Assembly (NCBI GenBank): GCA_020696385.1
Contig: JAEHCQ010000001.1
Coordinates: forward strand, 384,001-448,000
Length of the DNA: 64,000 bases
DNA from: Methanobacteriota archaeon
GTDB taxonomy: Archaea; Thermoplasmatota; Thermoplasmata; SG8-5; JAGLSY01
Reading direction: 5' to 3'
The notes beneath the pieces were generated by a model that had not been told where the DNA came from, did not search any database, and saw only the letters and a program-made list of their open reading frames with translations. Positions 18,487 to 27,972 of the stretch are shown piece after piece. The translations under genes were made by a program, and so were the position numbers. Position 1 is the first letter of the stretch. The number at the start of each line of letters is the position of its first letter.

Positions 18487-19503
18487 ATGATCTCCAAATG
18501 CGTGGTCGTACCCAGGAGTAAAGGGGAGACCATACGTAAAAAGCTTTCAGACGAAGATCTGCTTAGAAAGGATCTTCGTATCATGTCATCCGAGACAGAT
18601 ATCTTCATCCCGATATCTGTAGATCCTGATAATGAGCCAGAGCTTTGTTTCCCGATCACTGAAATGGATTTTGAAGAGGTGGAGCTGGCGAAGGGATACA
18701 GGGAATTGGCCGATGTTCCTGACCAATTTAAGGATCTTTTACCATCTTCATTCGACATAATAGGAGACATCTGCATAATCAAGCTGGCAGATGAGCTACA
18801 GCCCTATTCCAGAAATATCGGGGAGGCCATCCTGAAGGCTAACAGCAACCTGAAGGTCGTGACACTGGACGGTGGTGTGAAGGGGGAGTTTCGAACTCGC
18901 GATATAAGTATCATCGCGGGAGAAAGACGAACAACGACAATTCACAAAGAATTCGGGTTGCGGCTGGAAATGGACATAGCCAGTGTTTATTTCTCACCCA
19001 GACTGTCTGGAGAGAGAAGGCGAGTGGCAGACCTGGTCGAGAATGACGAGATAATTCTCGACATGTTCGCGGGTGTGGGCCCTTTCTCCATAATGATAGC
19101 CAGGGATAAGAAAGCGAAAGAAATTCATGATATCGATATAAATCCGGATGCCATTGTTTACCTTGAAAAGAATATCATGCTGAACAAAGTGGAGAACGTA
19201 TCCCATTATCTGGGAGATGCCAGATCAGTGATATGCGGTCTTCCGAATGCCGACCGCATCATTATGAACTTACCACACAGTTCCCTTGATTTTCTGGGAA
19301 CTGGCCTCGACATGCTGCAACCAGGAGGAATCATCCATCTTTACCTCATCACGGAGAATGAGGAACTGGAGGACATTTCCGTGAAAATAACGGAAATGGC
19401 TGAGAGCTTTGGTCATCCAGTAAAGATAGGGGCGAAGAAAATGGTGCATACCTATTCTCCAACATCTGGCTTGTATGTATTTGATCTGATTTCGACATTG
19501 TGA
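18487..19503 (+). CDS. trm5: tRNA (guanine37-N1) methyltransferase Trm5/Taw22 family
   Basis: PSSFDIIGDI, VYFSPRL..ER, DMFAGVGPF, RIIMNLP. Confidence 0.88.
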   Translation: MISKCVVVPRSKGETIRKKLSDEDLLRKDLRIMSSETDIFIPISVDPDNEPELCFPITEMDFEEVELAKGYRELADVPDQFKDLLPSSFDIIGDICIIKLADELQPYSRNIGEAILKANSNLKVVTLDGGVKGEFRTRDISIIAGERRTTTIHKEFGLRLEMDIASVYFSPRLSGERRRVADLVENDEIILDMFAGVGPFSIMIARDKKAKEIHDIDINPDAIVYLEKNIMLNKVENVSHYLGDARSVICGLPNADRIIMNLPHSSLDFLGTGLDMLQPGGIIHLYLITENEELEDISVKITEMAESFGHPVKIGAKKMVHTYSPTSGLYVFDLISTL

Positions 19504-19589
19504 TGTTTGGTGGGGATGCCCAAAATACATTTAAATATCGATATAGTGTATTTGTTCATATCTAAGATAGATTAAATGGTGGAAGAGAT

Positions 19590-19781
19590 ATGAGAAGCGC
19601 GAAAATGTACTACCTTGGAATAATATCGATGTTCATCGGGACTATTCTCACATCAATGGGGGTGTATTATGGAAGTTCAACCAAATTCCACAGTACCCTG
19701 GCAGAGCAGGCCGAGACGATAATGATGGGTATTGGCTTTCTTGTAGCTGGGATACTTTTGTGGTTGCTATTTGAGGAATAA
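19590..19781 (+). CDS. Small 2-TM membrane protein
   Basis: Two hydrophobic helices; TTTAAATA box upstream. Confidence 0.6.
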   Translation: MRSAKMYYLGIISMFIGTILTSMGVYYGSSTKFHSTLAEQAETIMMGIGFLVAGILLWLLFEE

Positions 19782-19865
19782 AACACCACGAGCAGGGGAG
19801 CGGGGGGAAGGGCGCGACCTAGCGCAGTGGTGTGGGTGGGGGGTTTACCACATATTGGGGTGGGC

Positions 19866-20555
19866 CTAAACCAATTCCAATATATCCTTCAAGTCCCGAA
19901 CAAATACAGTATCGGGCTCCGGCAGCTCTCCCTTTGGCAAGTAGAGGACCGGATTCATTCCAACCTTTTTCGAGCCCTGATAATCATTTCTGTATGAGTC
20001 GCCAACGAACATTATTTCCTCTGGCTGGAGCTCCAGCATCTTCAAGGCGAACTCAAAGGGTCGAGGATTGGGCTTGGCAAATCCAGTTGTATTGCACCCG
20101 ACCACGATGTCGAAGTCAGATGGCTGTATTGGTAATTCCTCAAAAATGGTTTCTACCTCATCACGGAAACCATTGGTGACAATTCCGACCTTGATCCCCT
20201 TTTTCTTAAGCTGGATTATTGTACTTTCAGCATTTTTTAATAAATAGATATGAAGGACGATGAACCATCTATCGTAAATGTATTTTCCAAGATCTGGCTC
20301 AGCATCCATAAGGTCGATATGATCAAGGATGGCATTATTGTAATTGATATAGAAGTCCTCTGAAGAGATTCCGGAACGGTCGCCAACCTCCTGGTCAGGA
20401 GCTGGCTCATCAGAATATTTTACCAGTGCCTCCTTTATGATATCTGGAGGCACGTCATATCCCTTTTCCCTGAGTATTCTGGAAAAGGTTCCCTCTGTTG
20501 TTCGACTGTCTATCAGCGTATTGCCCATGTCGAAAAGAACTGCTTTAATTCCCAA
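19866..20555 (-). CDS. HAD-superfamily hydrolase
   Basis: AVLFDMGNTL, IVTNG, KPNPRPF, FVGDSYRND; TTG start at 20555 overlaps the dcd stop. Confidence 0.88.
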   Translation of the reverse strand: MGIKAVLFDMGNTLIDSRTTEGTFSRILREKGYDVPPDIIKEALVKYSDEPAPDQEVGDRSGISSEDFYINYNNAILDHIDLMDAEPDLGKYIYDRWFIVLHIYLLKNAESTIIQLKKKGIKVGIVTNGFRDEVETIFEELPIQPSDFDIVVGCNTTGFAKPNPRPFEFALKMLELQPEEIMFVGDSYRNDYQGSKKVGMNPVLYLPKGELPEPDTVFVRDLKDILELV

Positions 20556-21024
20556 GGTTGACCCCTCTCTGTCCCTGGTAGTTTCCGGAGCGCTCGGCAT
20601 ATTGCTTGTCCGCTGTAGAGTCCAGCCATTCGAACACGATCTGGCAGAAGCGGTCGCCAATAGGAATGATAATATCCTTATCGGATGAGTTGAAGGCCGA
20701 TAAGGTAAGTGTTCCTTCGAAGCCAGCATCCACCTTGCCGAATGATGATAATACACCACGGCGTGCCCAGGATGTTCTGATCCAAAGCTGCGAGGTGATA
20801 GCTGGTCCGAACCGGACGTATTCTTTCGTACTGACTGCGAACCAGGTCATCGGAGGTATTCGGACATCGCCTTCTGTTATCAACTGGCCGTCCTGACCCA
20901 CCTTGATCTCGGATATAACTAAGTCATATCCGTTGGGAGTTAGGTTCTTCTCAACAAAATCGTCAATACCAAGCTGACCATCTTCCATCGCCTTGAGTAT
21001 TCCATTATCGGATAATATCGCCAT
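20545..21024 (-). CDS. dcd: dCTP deaminase (trimeric dUTPase fold)
   Basis: MAILSD, LTPNGYDL, RTSWARRG, KVDAGFEGTLTL, YQGQRGV. Confidence 0.88.
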   Translation of the reverse strand: MAILSDNGILKAMEDGQLGIDDFVEKNLTPNGYDLVISEIKVGQDGQLITEGDVRIPPMTWFAVSTKEYVRFGPAITSQLWIRTSWARRGVLSSFGKVDAGFEGTLTLSAFNSSDKDIIIPIGDRFCQIVFEWLDSTADKQYAERSGNYQGQRGVNLGN

Positions 21025-21174
21025 GGACACCGGAATGCGGTATTGATTAAAAACTTTACAATCCATTATACGCACGATTCGCCAGAAATATTATTCATAA
21101 TTCGTGGGTGGGTTGTATTGTTTTCTCAGTGAGGCGGGGGCGGTAGCCAGGTGGGGGCAGTGAAGATAATATAC

Positions 21175-22173
21175 TTATTCCCATATATCCAAAAGCTTGC
21201 TGACATCCCCGGTCGTGCCCATCATTTCCTGGAAGTCCAGTGTGTCCAGCCATTCCGCCTTGCAAGTGCAGGAGAATTCCAGCTGGCTTGGATCCTGTGT
21301 CACGTAAAAGCGATCTATAGCCTCGAGGAACTGCTTATTGCATTTTTTACAATTATGCACACCCCTTCTGCTGCCCCCACCAGATGGGGAGGACACTATC
21401 CTTGAATCTGTTGCCTCGACCGACCTTTTCAGAACCTCGGCCAGACTCCATAACCATGGGGGTCTATACAGTCCTTTTTTCCACATACCTTCGACCATCG
21501 TCCACCTTTGAACATTTATCGGATTGAATGAAATTGTATCTGATAGCGCGTCAGCCTTGATGGCCGATTCAACCGCATCCTCTATAGCCTGCCTTTCTGT
21601 AAGGTATGGTGGCTTCAGGAGGATGTACGTTCTTACCTTGACACCCTTTTCTTTCAGAATTGTAGCCGCACGCTCGAAATTCGCGAATGTAAATCCTTTA
21701 TTAACACATTTTTTTCTGATATCATCATTCGCAGTTTCCAGGCCGATAGCGACCTCCAGACTGCTTACATGCTCCAGTGCCCTGTCGATGATATTCGCTG
21801 TGATGAACTCAGGTCTGGATTCCACCAGCACATGGTTCTTGCCACCATCTCCGGCCATCACCAGGATCTTCTCCCTGGTGTCATCCGTCATTTCCCTATT
21901 ATCGAAAAAGCTTCCAGAGGTGTAGATCTTGACGTATCCTTCTCCTTTGTATTTTTCCATGGCGGATGTGAATTGAGCCTGCAGATCATCTTCCGTGATA
22001 CCAGATGTCGTGTCATTGGAATAACCGCACATCAAACAACCGGATTTGGATGACCAGTAACAGCCTCTGCCTCTGAGGATGACGACCAGTGCATCCAACT
22101 GATCTGTATTGAGAAACTCCTTCTCACTCCACACGGCAATGGGTTTGTCGGTCTTCGGGGTTTTATCACGCAT
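21175..22173 (-). CDS. raSEA: Archaeosine biosynthesis radical SAM protein RaSEA
   Basis: RGRGCYW....GCLMCGY, KIYTSGSF, VESRPEFI, IGLETAND, YRPPWLWS, GVHNC..C. Confidence 0.9.
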   Translation of the reverse strand: MRDKTPKTDKPIAVWSEKEFLNTDQLDALVVILRGRGCYWSSKSGCLMCGYSNDTTSGITEDDLQAQFTSAMEKYKGEGYVKIYTSGSFFDNREMTDDTREKILVMAGDGGKNHVLVESRPEFITANIIDRALEHVSSLEVAIGLETANDDIRKKCVNKGFTFANFERAATILKEKGVKVRTYILLKPPYLTERQAIEDAVESAIKADALSDTISFNPINVQRWTMVEGMWKKGLYRPPWLWSLAEVLKRSVEATDSRIVSSPSGGGSRRGVHNCKKCNKQFLEAIDRFYVTQDPSQLEFSCTCKAEWLDTLDFQEMMGTTGDVSKLLDIWE

Positions 22174-22296
22174 TGCGGGCTCATGGATATCTTTCTATAT
22201 ATTGATTATTGAATGATAGTCGCATTTTACATTTCACATTATTCGATCGAATATAATAGAATATAATAAAATCAATTACCGTATTGTGTCGTGGGT

Positions 22297-23259
22297 ATGG
22301 AGATCGATATCCCGAAAAGATCGGACATTGAAGAAGCACATCGGCGCATCCAGCCTCACATCAGGCGGACACCCGTCAAGTCATCGGATGTCATAGATGC
22401 GGAACTTGAAGCAAATCTATTCTTCAAGTGCGAGAACCTCCAGGTATGCGGGGTGTTCAAGCCTCGCGGAGCGTCCAATGCAGTTTTTTCACTGAGTGCG
22501 GAGGAAGCGGAGAATGGAGTTGCGACCCATTCTTCAGGCAATCACGCCCAGGCACTTGCTTACGCGGCCAAGAAGAGAGGAATATCGGCCCATATCGTCA
22601 TGCCCCGAACAGCTCCCGAGATCAAGGTGGAAGCTGTCAGATCCCATGGCGGCCAGATCACTTTCTGCGAGCCAAATCAGAAGGCTCGCGAAGACACCCT
22701 GGAAAAGATCGTGCAGGAAATAAGCGCACGATTCATCCATCCTTATGACGATCCAGTCATAGTCGCGGGGCAGGCGACATCCGCCCGCGAGCTTATCCAA
22801 GACCATCCCGACCTCGACATAATAATCGGGCCAGTGGGAGGTGGTGGGTTCATGTCCGGCACCTGTCTGGCAGCCAGATATTGGTCACCAAATACAATAT
22901 TGATAGGAGCGGAACCGAAAGGCGCGGATGATGCCTTTCGTTCACTGAAAGCCGGCCACATCATACCATCGATAGACCCGGACACGATAGCGGACGGTCT
23001 GCTGACATCACTGGGAATCATCAACTTCGAAATTCTCAGCCAGGACCTTGAGAGAATTATCACAGTTAGTGAGGATAATATCGTCAGGGCGATGAGGCTA
23101 ATTTACGACCATCTGGATATGATGGTCGAACCCTCGGGAGCCGCGAGCCTGGCCGCCCTATTAGAAAGTGAGATAGATATCAGTGGAAAGAAGGTGGGGG
23201 TCATGGTGTCTGGCGGGAATATCGACCTAGATATGTTTAGGGAATTAATCAATAAATAA
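22297..23259 (+). CDS. PLP-dependent serine/threonine dehydratase or serine racemase-like enzyme (no ACT domain)
   Basis: FKCENLQ..GVFKPRGA, THSSGNHAQA, PVGGGG, VEPSGA, SGGNID. Confidence 0.88.
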   Translation: MEIDIPKRSDIEEAHRRIQPHIRRTPVKSSDVIDAELEANLFFKCENLQVCGVFKPRGASNAVFSLSAEEAENGVATHSSGNHAQALAYAAKKRGISAHIVMPRTAPEIKVEAVRSHGGQITFCEPNQKAREDTLEKIVQEISARFIHPYDDPVIVAGQATSARELIQDHPDLDIIIGPVGGGGFMSGTCLAARYWSPNTILIGAEPKGADDAFRSLKAGHIIPSIDPDTIADGLLTSLGIINFEILSQDLERIITVSEDNIVRAMRLIYDHLDMMVEPSGAASLAALLESEIDISGKKVGVMVSGGNIDLDMFRELINK

Positions 23260-23323
23260 TGATTTTTAACATCTAGATCGATTGAATCGCATTCACTCTC
23301 AATCCAGAACAAGTGGGGTCATG

Positions 23324-23458
23324 CCCCGTCTAAATTACAGTATTTTCTCAGTTGGCGGGCGGGGTCCTATATTCAATGATCCAGTAAGTGACAATCACCA
23401 ATTTATATTTCGTAAAACCCCGTCTGGATAACAGTATTTCATCAACTGGAAGGCGGGG
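23324..23458 (+). repeat. Two ungapped 41-nt hairpin-forming repeats (23324-23364 and 23418-23458)
   Basis: 32/41 identical; CCCCGTCT...GGCGGGG terminal stem in both copies. Confidence 0.75.
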
Positions 23459-23506
23459 TTATTTTTTTAATATTCAGAGCGAGCGCGCTCTGAATTAAAA
23501 AAATAA
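23459..23506. terminator. Long palindrome between convergent genes (probable bidirectional terminator)
   Basis: ttatttttttaa..ttcagagcg-N3-cgctctgaa.taaaaaaataa. Confidence 0.7.
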
Positions 23507-23686
23507 AAAAAAGGGGGGAGGTAATCGTGATTTGTGATTTGGTTTGGTAACCCTTTTCTGACTACCTTTGGTCTATTTTGGGTCCCATCCCGGGTGAAAC
23601 AAGTTCACCGTTTGATTTCGTCGTTGTCGGGGAGTATTCCCCAGGTGCATCCATACTTACACTTCTGTAAGTCACCCTCAATTTCC

Positions 23687-23923
23687 CTATAGTTTCAGAA
23701 GCTTTTCTTCCAGGGCCACAGCGTTCTCCACGGCCTGTTCAGCCGCCTGGATCTTCTGTATCTTGTCTGGAACAAGCTCTATTCGCTCATAGATCATGTC
23801 CCTGACCGCTGCCCTTATAGCTTCAGAACGCGATGGGAAATCGTCTGCTCTGACAAGATAATCAATAGCCTTCAGATACCGCTTTGGTATCCGGATAGTG
23901 ATCTTCTCATTGTCGCCTTCCAT
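23687..23923 (-). CDS. cdrS: Ribbon-helix-helix (CopG) regulator, CdrS-like
   Basis: EKITIRIPK...IDYLV..DDFPSRSEAIRAAVRDMI resembles haloarchaeal CdrS; GGAGTGG RBS before ATG 23923. Confidence 0.7.
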   Translation of the reverse strand: MEGDNEKITIRIPKRYLKAIDYLVRADDFPSRSEAIRAAVRDMIYERIELVPDKIQKIQAAEQAVENAVALEEKLLKL

Positions 23924-24148
23924 TTTTATCCACTCCGGCGTTGTTTGTACCTCTTTCGCCTTACGCTTGTCGGACAATCCTATATCCCCTCACTTATATT
24001 TAAAGGTTTAGGTTTTAATAAGATATATAGAAATAACTGTATAATTTATAGCCAGTAGATGTGCAAATATTAGAATGTGACTGATACATAGTGATTATAC
24101 ACCATTTTCATCAAGCTTAAATAACCGTGTTGAATTAGCCGTCATAAC

Positions 24149-24793
24149 ATGGCTAATGATGTATTCAGATTAACATACGAACCACCCAATAAACGCAAGA
24201 TAATGGGTTTCAGCCAGGCGGAGTTCAAGGATCTGGGCATCGCGATGTTGGTATTATCCATTGCCTTTTCCATAGTTTTCAGCGGAGGCATCCAGAATAT
24301 AGATTGGGTCGCATTCCCATTGTTCTTCCTTGTAGCTGCTATTGCAGTTCTGACAGCCTTTGTATTTCATGAGCTCGCACACAAGTTCGTGGCCCAGAAA
24401 TATGGGTGCTGGGCGGAGTTCAGATCATGGCAAGCGGGACTGATGATGGCATTGGTATTCTCCATGATGGGATTTCTCTTCGCGGCTCCGGGAGCCGTCA
24501 TGGTCATGGGAAATGTGACCAAAAGTCAGAATGGTAAGATAAGCGCCGCGGGGCCAGCGACCAATATCACCATCGCGACAATCGCCTACACGATTTCCTT
24601 CCTGATGGGTGATTCGGATATTGGTTTCATAATCTTCTTCATTGGAACCGTCAATGCCTTCATAGGGGCATTCAATATGATCCCCTTCATGCCTTTTGAT
24701 GGGGCCAAGATCGTGAAGTGGAGCATTCCCGTATATGTGGTAATGCTGGCCGCTGTCCTGGTCCTGGTCGCGATCGGCTATGGCATCATCTGA
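24149..24793 (+). CDS. Site-2 protease (M50 family)
   Basis: HELAH, ISAAGP, FNMIPFMPFDG. Confidence 0.92.
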   Translation: MANDVFRLTYEPPNKRKIMGFSQAEFKDLGIAMLVLSIAFSIVFSGGIQNIDWVAFPLFFLVAAIAVLTAFVFHELAHKFVAQKYGCWAEFRSWQAGLMMALVFSMMGFLFAAPGAVMVMGNVTKSQNGKISAAGPATNITIATIAYTISFLMGDSDIGFIIFFIGTVNAFIGAFNMIPFMPFDGAKIVKWSIPVYVVMLAAVLVLVAIGYGII

Positions 24794-24860
24794 TTATCTG
24801 ATTATAATCATGATAATCAGATAGCAGGTTTTTTAAGCATGTCCAGCAATTATCAATTGT

Positions 24861-25505
24861 ATGCGACACACTGTTCCGACAATGATATTATTATCCATTG
24901 TCGTTGTACTTGGCCTGGTATCAATCCAGACAGTAGCTCAGACACTTCCAGATCAAACAAGATTGGGGTATGGATATCATGACATCGATGTCACATTGGA
25001 CATCGATGAGATCTCGGTGTATAAGATCCACCTTAAAATGGGAGATAAATTCATTGTGAACTTGGAGGTCAACATGGGCGGGCCAGTGGATTTCATCCTG
25101 ATGGACAATTACACATTGTATCTCATGGCGGAAGATGGCGATCTTCTGAATGATGAAGGTGAATTGGTATTCTTGCAGAAGGGCACTAGCACGGATTCCT
25201 ACGAAATATCTTATGACCATTCAGCAAAGTTCGATGACACCCTTTACCTGATATTGGACAATAGTGATTTCACAGAGACTGGTGCTTCACCCATAGGAGA
25301 GGTAAGGATCACTGGCTCCATAGATGTGAGGGAAAGTGTCTGGACCATTCAGAATATAATCATCACAATAGTGATCGTCATCGTCATAATCGCGATCTTT
25401 GTCGGAATAAGATTGCCACCCGGGAAAAAGAATGTGGATAGTAGAAATGTCCATCAAAAAAACAATGTGAAGAAGAAAAATACAAAAAGAGACGCACGCC
25501 GATAG
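24861..25505 (+). CDS. Secreted/membrane-anchored hypothetical protein (beta-sandwich, C-terminal TM, basic tail)
   Basis: Signal peptide, VDFILMD and LYLILDN strands, TM helix near aa 165-185, Lys-rich end. Confidence 0.7.
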   Translation: MRHTVPTMILLSIVVVLGLVSIQTVAQTLPDQTRLGYGYHDIDVTLDIDEISVYKIHLKMGDKFIVNLEVNMGGPVDFILMDNYTLYLMAEDGDLLNDEGELVFLQKGTSTDSYEISYDHSAKFDDTLYLILDNSDFTETGASPIGEVRITGSIDVRESVWTIQNIIITIVIVIVIIAIFVGIRLPPGKKNVDSRNVHQKNNVKKKNTKRDARR

Positions 25506-25536
25506 AGATTTATGGATTCCCGTTGATAAGGAGCGG

Positions 25537-26133
25537 ATGTATTCTGATGAGGATGGGGAATTAGCCGTTAGATATGCCAGGGCTTTGATCGAATATTATG
25601 TCAAGAATGATGGTAAGCCGGATGTCCAGCTTCCCGAACATTTCAATGAGATGTCCGGGGCCTTTGTCACTCTGAACACTTATCCAGAAGGGGATCTCAG
25701 GGGGTGTATAGGCTACCCGGTTCCGTACTTCCCACTCAAAGAAACATTGGAGAAGGCCGCCGAGGGAGCTATCCAGGATCCAAGATTTCCGAGATTGAGA
25801 AAAAGAGAGCTCGACCTGGTGGTTGTGGAAGTCAGTATACTCAGCCCCCCGGAACTTATCAATGTCGAAAAACCATTGGATTATCTGAAAGAGATCGTCG
25901 TTGGACGTGATGGTTTGATCGTGGAAATGGGCGATTACAAAGGCCTGCTCCTGCCCCAGGTGCCAGTCGAATGGAAATGGGATGTCAAGACTTATCTTTC
26001 TCAGACCTGTTTGAAAGCAGGTCTGAGACCGGATGCTTGGCTCGAACCGGATATCCAGATATTCAAATTCAGCGGCCAGGTATTCTCAGAGAAAAAGCCA
26101 AAGGGCGATATCACAAGGAAGGACCTTGCATGA
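25537..26133 (+). CDS. AMMECR1-domain protein
   Basis: GAFVTL..LRGCIG, DPRF, VEVSIL, GLLLPQV. Confidence 0.93.
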   Translation: MYSDEDGELAVRYARALIEYYVKNDGKPDVQLPEHFNEMSGAFVTLNTYPEGDLRGCIGYPVPYFPLKETLEKAAEGAIQDPRFPRLRKRELDLVVVEVSILSPPELINVEKPLDYLKEIVVGRDGLIVEMGDYKGLLLPQVPVEWKWDVKTYLSQTCLKAGLRPDAWLEPDIQIFKFSGQVFSEKKPKGDITRKDLA

Positions 26134-27380
26134 CCGAGCTGGATCTAGTAATCAAAGGAAGAGTCCTGATAGGCAATGAGATGCAGACCATCTGCATCGG
26201 GATCGAAGATGGGAAGATAACTGTTCTGGGAAAGGATCTGGATGGTGATAAATTCCTTGATTATTCCAAATATCTCATAATGCCAGGCGGCATCGATATC
26301 CACACTCATATGCGAGATCCAGGATTTACAGATAAAGAGGATTTTCACACCGGGACAATGGCAGCTGCCTTTGGAGGAACGACAACCATAATGGATATGC
26401 CAAACACCCGGCCGATGGTGACAAATGTGAGTCAGCTGAAGGACAAGCTTGACATCATAGGAAAAAAGGCCAATGTGGATTATGGCCTTTATGCCTCACT
26501 AACACCAGATTCAGATATCAAAGTATTGAAAGAATTGGCCGTGGGCTTCAAGCTCTTCATGGCCGAGACAACATCCGCAGTTCCAATTTCAGAGGAGGAT
26601 ATCAGGAATAAACTGGCAGACCCTGAATTGGAGGGGCAGGTAGTTAGTGTTCATGCTGAATCTCCAGAGAGGTTTAGGGATATCGAGGTCACAAGCCTCG
26701 ATACCCATGATGATTCAAGACCAGCTTCGGCCGAGATCATCGCTGTTGAAAATATCACCCAGATGAAAACATCCGCCATCATGCATTTCGCTCATTTGAC
26801 AGATCTCATGTCCTTTGAAAAGGCCTTCGGATACAGTAATGAGATCACACCACATCATATGTTCCTCAGCACATCCAGTGACCTTGGTGCGAGGGGCAGG
26901 GTCAATCCCCCTTTGAGAAACATCAGGGAACAGGCCTCGCTCTTCACAGCCTTCGTGAAAGCACAGGTGGGGATCATAGCCAGTGATCATGCTCCGCATA
27001 CCATGGATGAGAAAAAAATGCCTTTCGGAGAAGCTCCCAGTGGACTGCCGGGTGTTGAGACCAGGCTTCCGATGATGCTGGCGCTTGTTCAATCAGAACA
27101 AGTCAGCCTCAGATTGGTGCAGGCAACTTGCTGTCACAATCCTGCCAGATTATTCTCATTGTCCAAGGGACAGATCGATGTTGGATTCGATGCAGATCTA
27201 TCCATATTTGATATGACCAAAAACACCAAGATCAAGGGAGAGCGATTGCATTCCAAATGTGGCTGGACGCCCTTTGAGGATTATAATGCGATATTCCCAG
27301 ACCATGTTTTCTTGAGGGGAAGAAAGATAATCTCAGATGGGAAACTGATAGAATCTGGAACTGGCAGAAATATTGTTTAA
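26130..27380 (+). CDS. pyrC: Dihydroorotase (amidohydrolase family)
   Basis: PGGIDIHTHMRDPG, DMPNT, NPPLR, ASDHAPH; ATGA overlap with the AMMECR1 gene. Confidence 0.85.
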   Translation: MTELDLVIKGRVLIGNEMQTICIGIEDGKITVLGKDLDGDKFLDYSKYLIMPGGIDIHTHMRDPGFTDKEDFHTGTMAAAFGGTTTIMDMPNTRPMVTNVSQLKDKLDIIGKKANVDYGLYASLTPDSDIKVLKELAVGFKLFMAETTSAVPISEEDIRNKLADPELEGQVVSVHAESPERFRDIEVTSLDTHDDSRPASAEIIAVENITQMKTSAIMHFAHLTDLMSFEKAFGYSNEITPHHMFLSTSSDLGARGRVNPPLRNIREQASLFTAFVKAQVGIIASDHAPHTMDEKKMPFGEAPSGLPGVETRLPMMLALVQSEQVSLRLVQATCCHNPARLFSLSKGQIDVGFDADLSIFDMTKNTKIKGERLHSKCGWTPFEDYNAIFPDHVFLRGRKIISDGKLIESGTGRNIV

Positions 27381-27479
27381 TAGATATCCATAACCATCCG
27401 GCATCTAGAATTATAACTATATAGATAAATTATAGATGTAGATCATAAAGATATAAGATCATTAAAAATTATTATATTG

Positions 27480-27518
27480 AAAAGGGAAAAGGGCGACCCG
27501 GAAATTGTAACCGGGTCG
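27480..27518 (-). terminator. Hairpin plus pyrimidine tract ending the rpl1-rpl10-rpl12 operon
   Basis: cgacccgg-N9-ccgggtcg followed on the minus strand by cccttttccctttt. Confidence 0.65.
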
Positions 27519-27627
27519 ATTTTGCCTGAACTGGAATGATACGCATAGCTAGGTTAAGCCTACGGCCATGTGGGCGACAATCATCAAGATGATTGCTTTC
27601 AGTTGACATGACCGTGATATGGCCTAT

Positions 27628-27933
27628 CTAACCGAACAATGCACCGAGACCGGCTGCTGCGTCTTCCTCTGTTGCTGCTTCTTCTTCGGGCTCTTCTTCC
27701 TTCTTAGCCTCTGCTGGTGCTGCTGCTCCTGCTGCTGCAGGTGCTGCTGCTGGTGCGGCCACCGCGGTTTTCATTGCTTCCTCGATGTCCACGCCGTCAA
27801 GAGATGCGGCCAATGCCTTTATTCTGGAAGTGTCGGCTTCGACACCTGCAGCCTTCAAGATATTTGCTATCGCGGTCTCATTGATTTCCTTCCCAGCTGA
27901 GTGAAGGATCATTGCGCTGTATATATATTCCAT
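27628..27933 (-). CDS. rpl12: 50S ribosomal stalk protein P1/L12
   Basis: [14 protein letters not shown], Ala-rich hinge, [11 protein letters not shown]-terminus. Confidence 0.97.
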   Translation of the reverse strand: MEYIYSAMILHSAGKEINETAIANILKAAGVEADTSRIKALAASLDGVDIEEAMKTAVAAPAAAPAAAGAAAPAEAKKEEEPEEEAATEEDAAAGLGALFG

Positions 27934-27972
27934 TTCTTATTCCTCCTATATGATCTATTGATTCTTATCTAC

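Noticed and set aside
20556-20759. Long N-terminal extension of the HAD ORF
   Set aside because: Overlaps dcd in another frame; HAD motif I begins right after TTG 20555.
23324-23458. CRISPR array
   Set aside because: Only two copies with 9 mismatches and no cas genes.
25971-26129. N-terminal extension of pyrC
   Set aside because: Overlaps the AMMECR1 gene; the ATGA-coupled start at 26130 fits better.
27619-27900. Cys-rich 93-aa ORF
   Set aside because: Antisense reading of the Ala/Glu-rich rpl12 codons.
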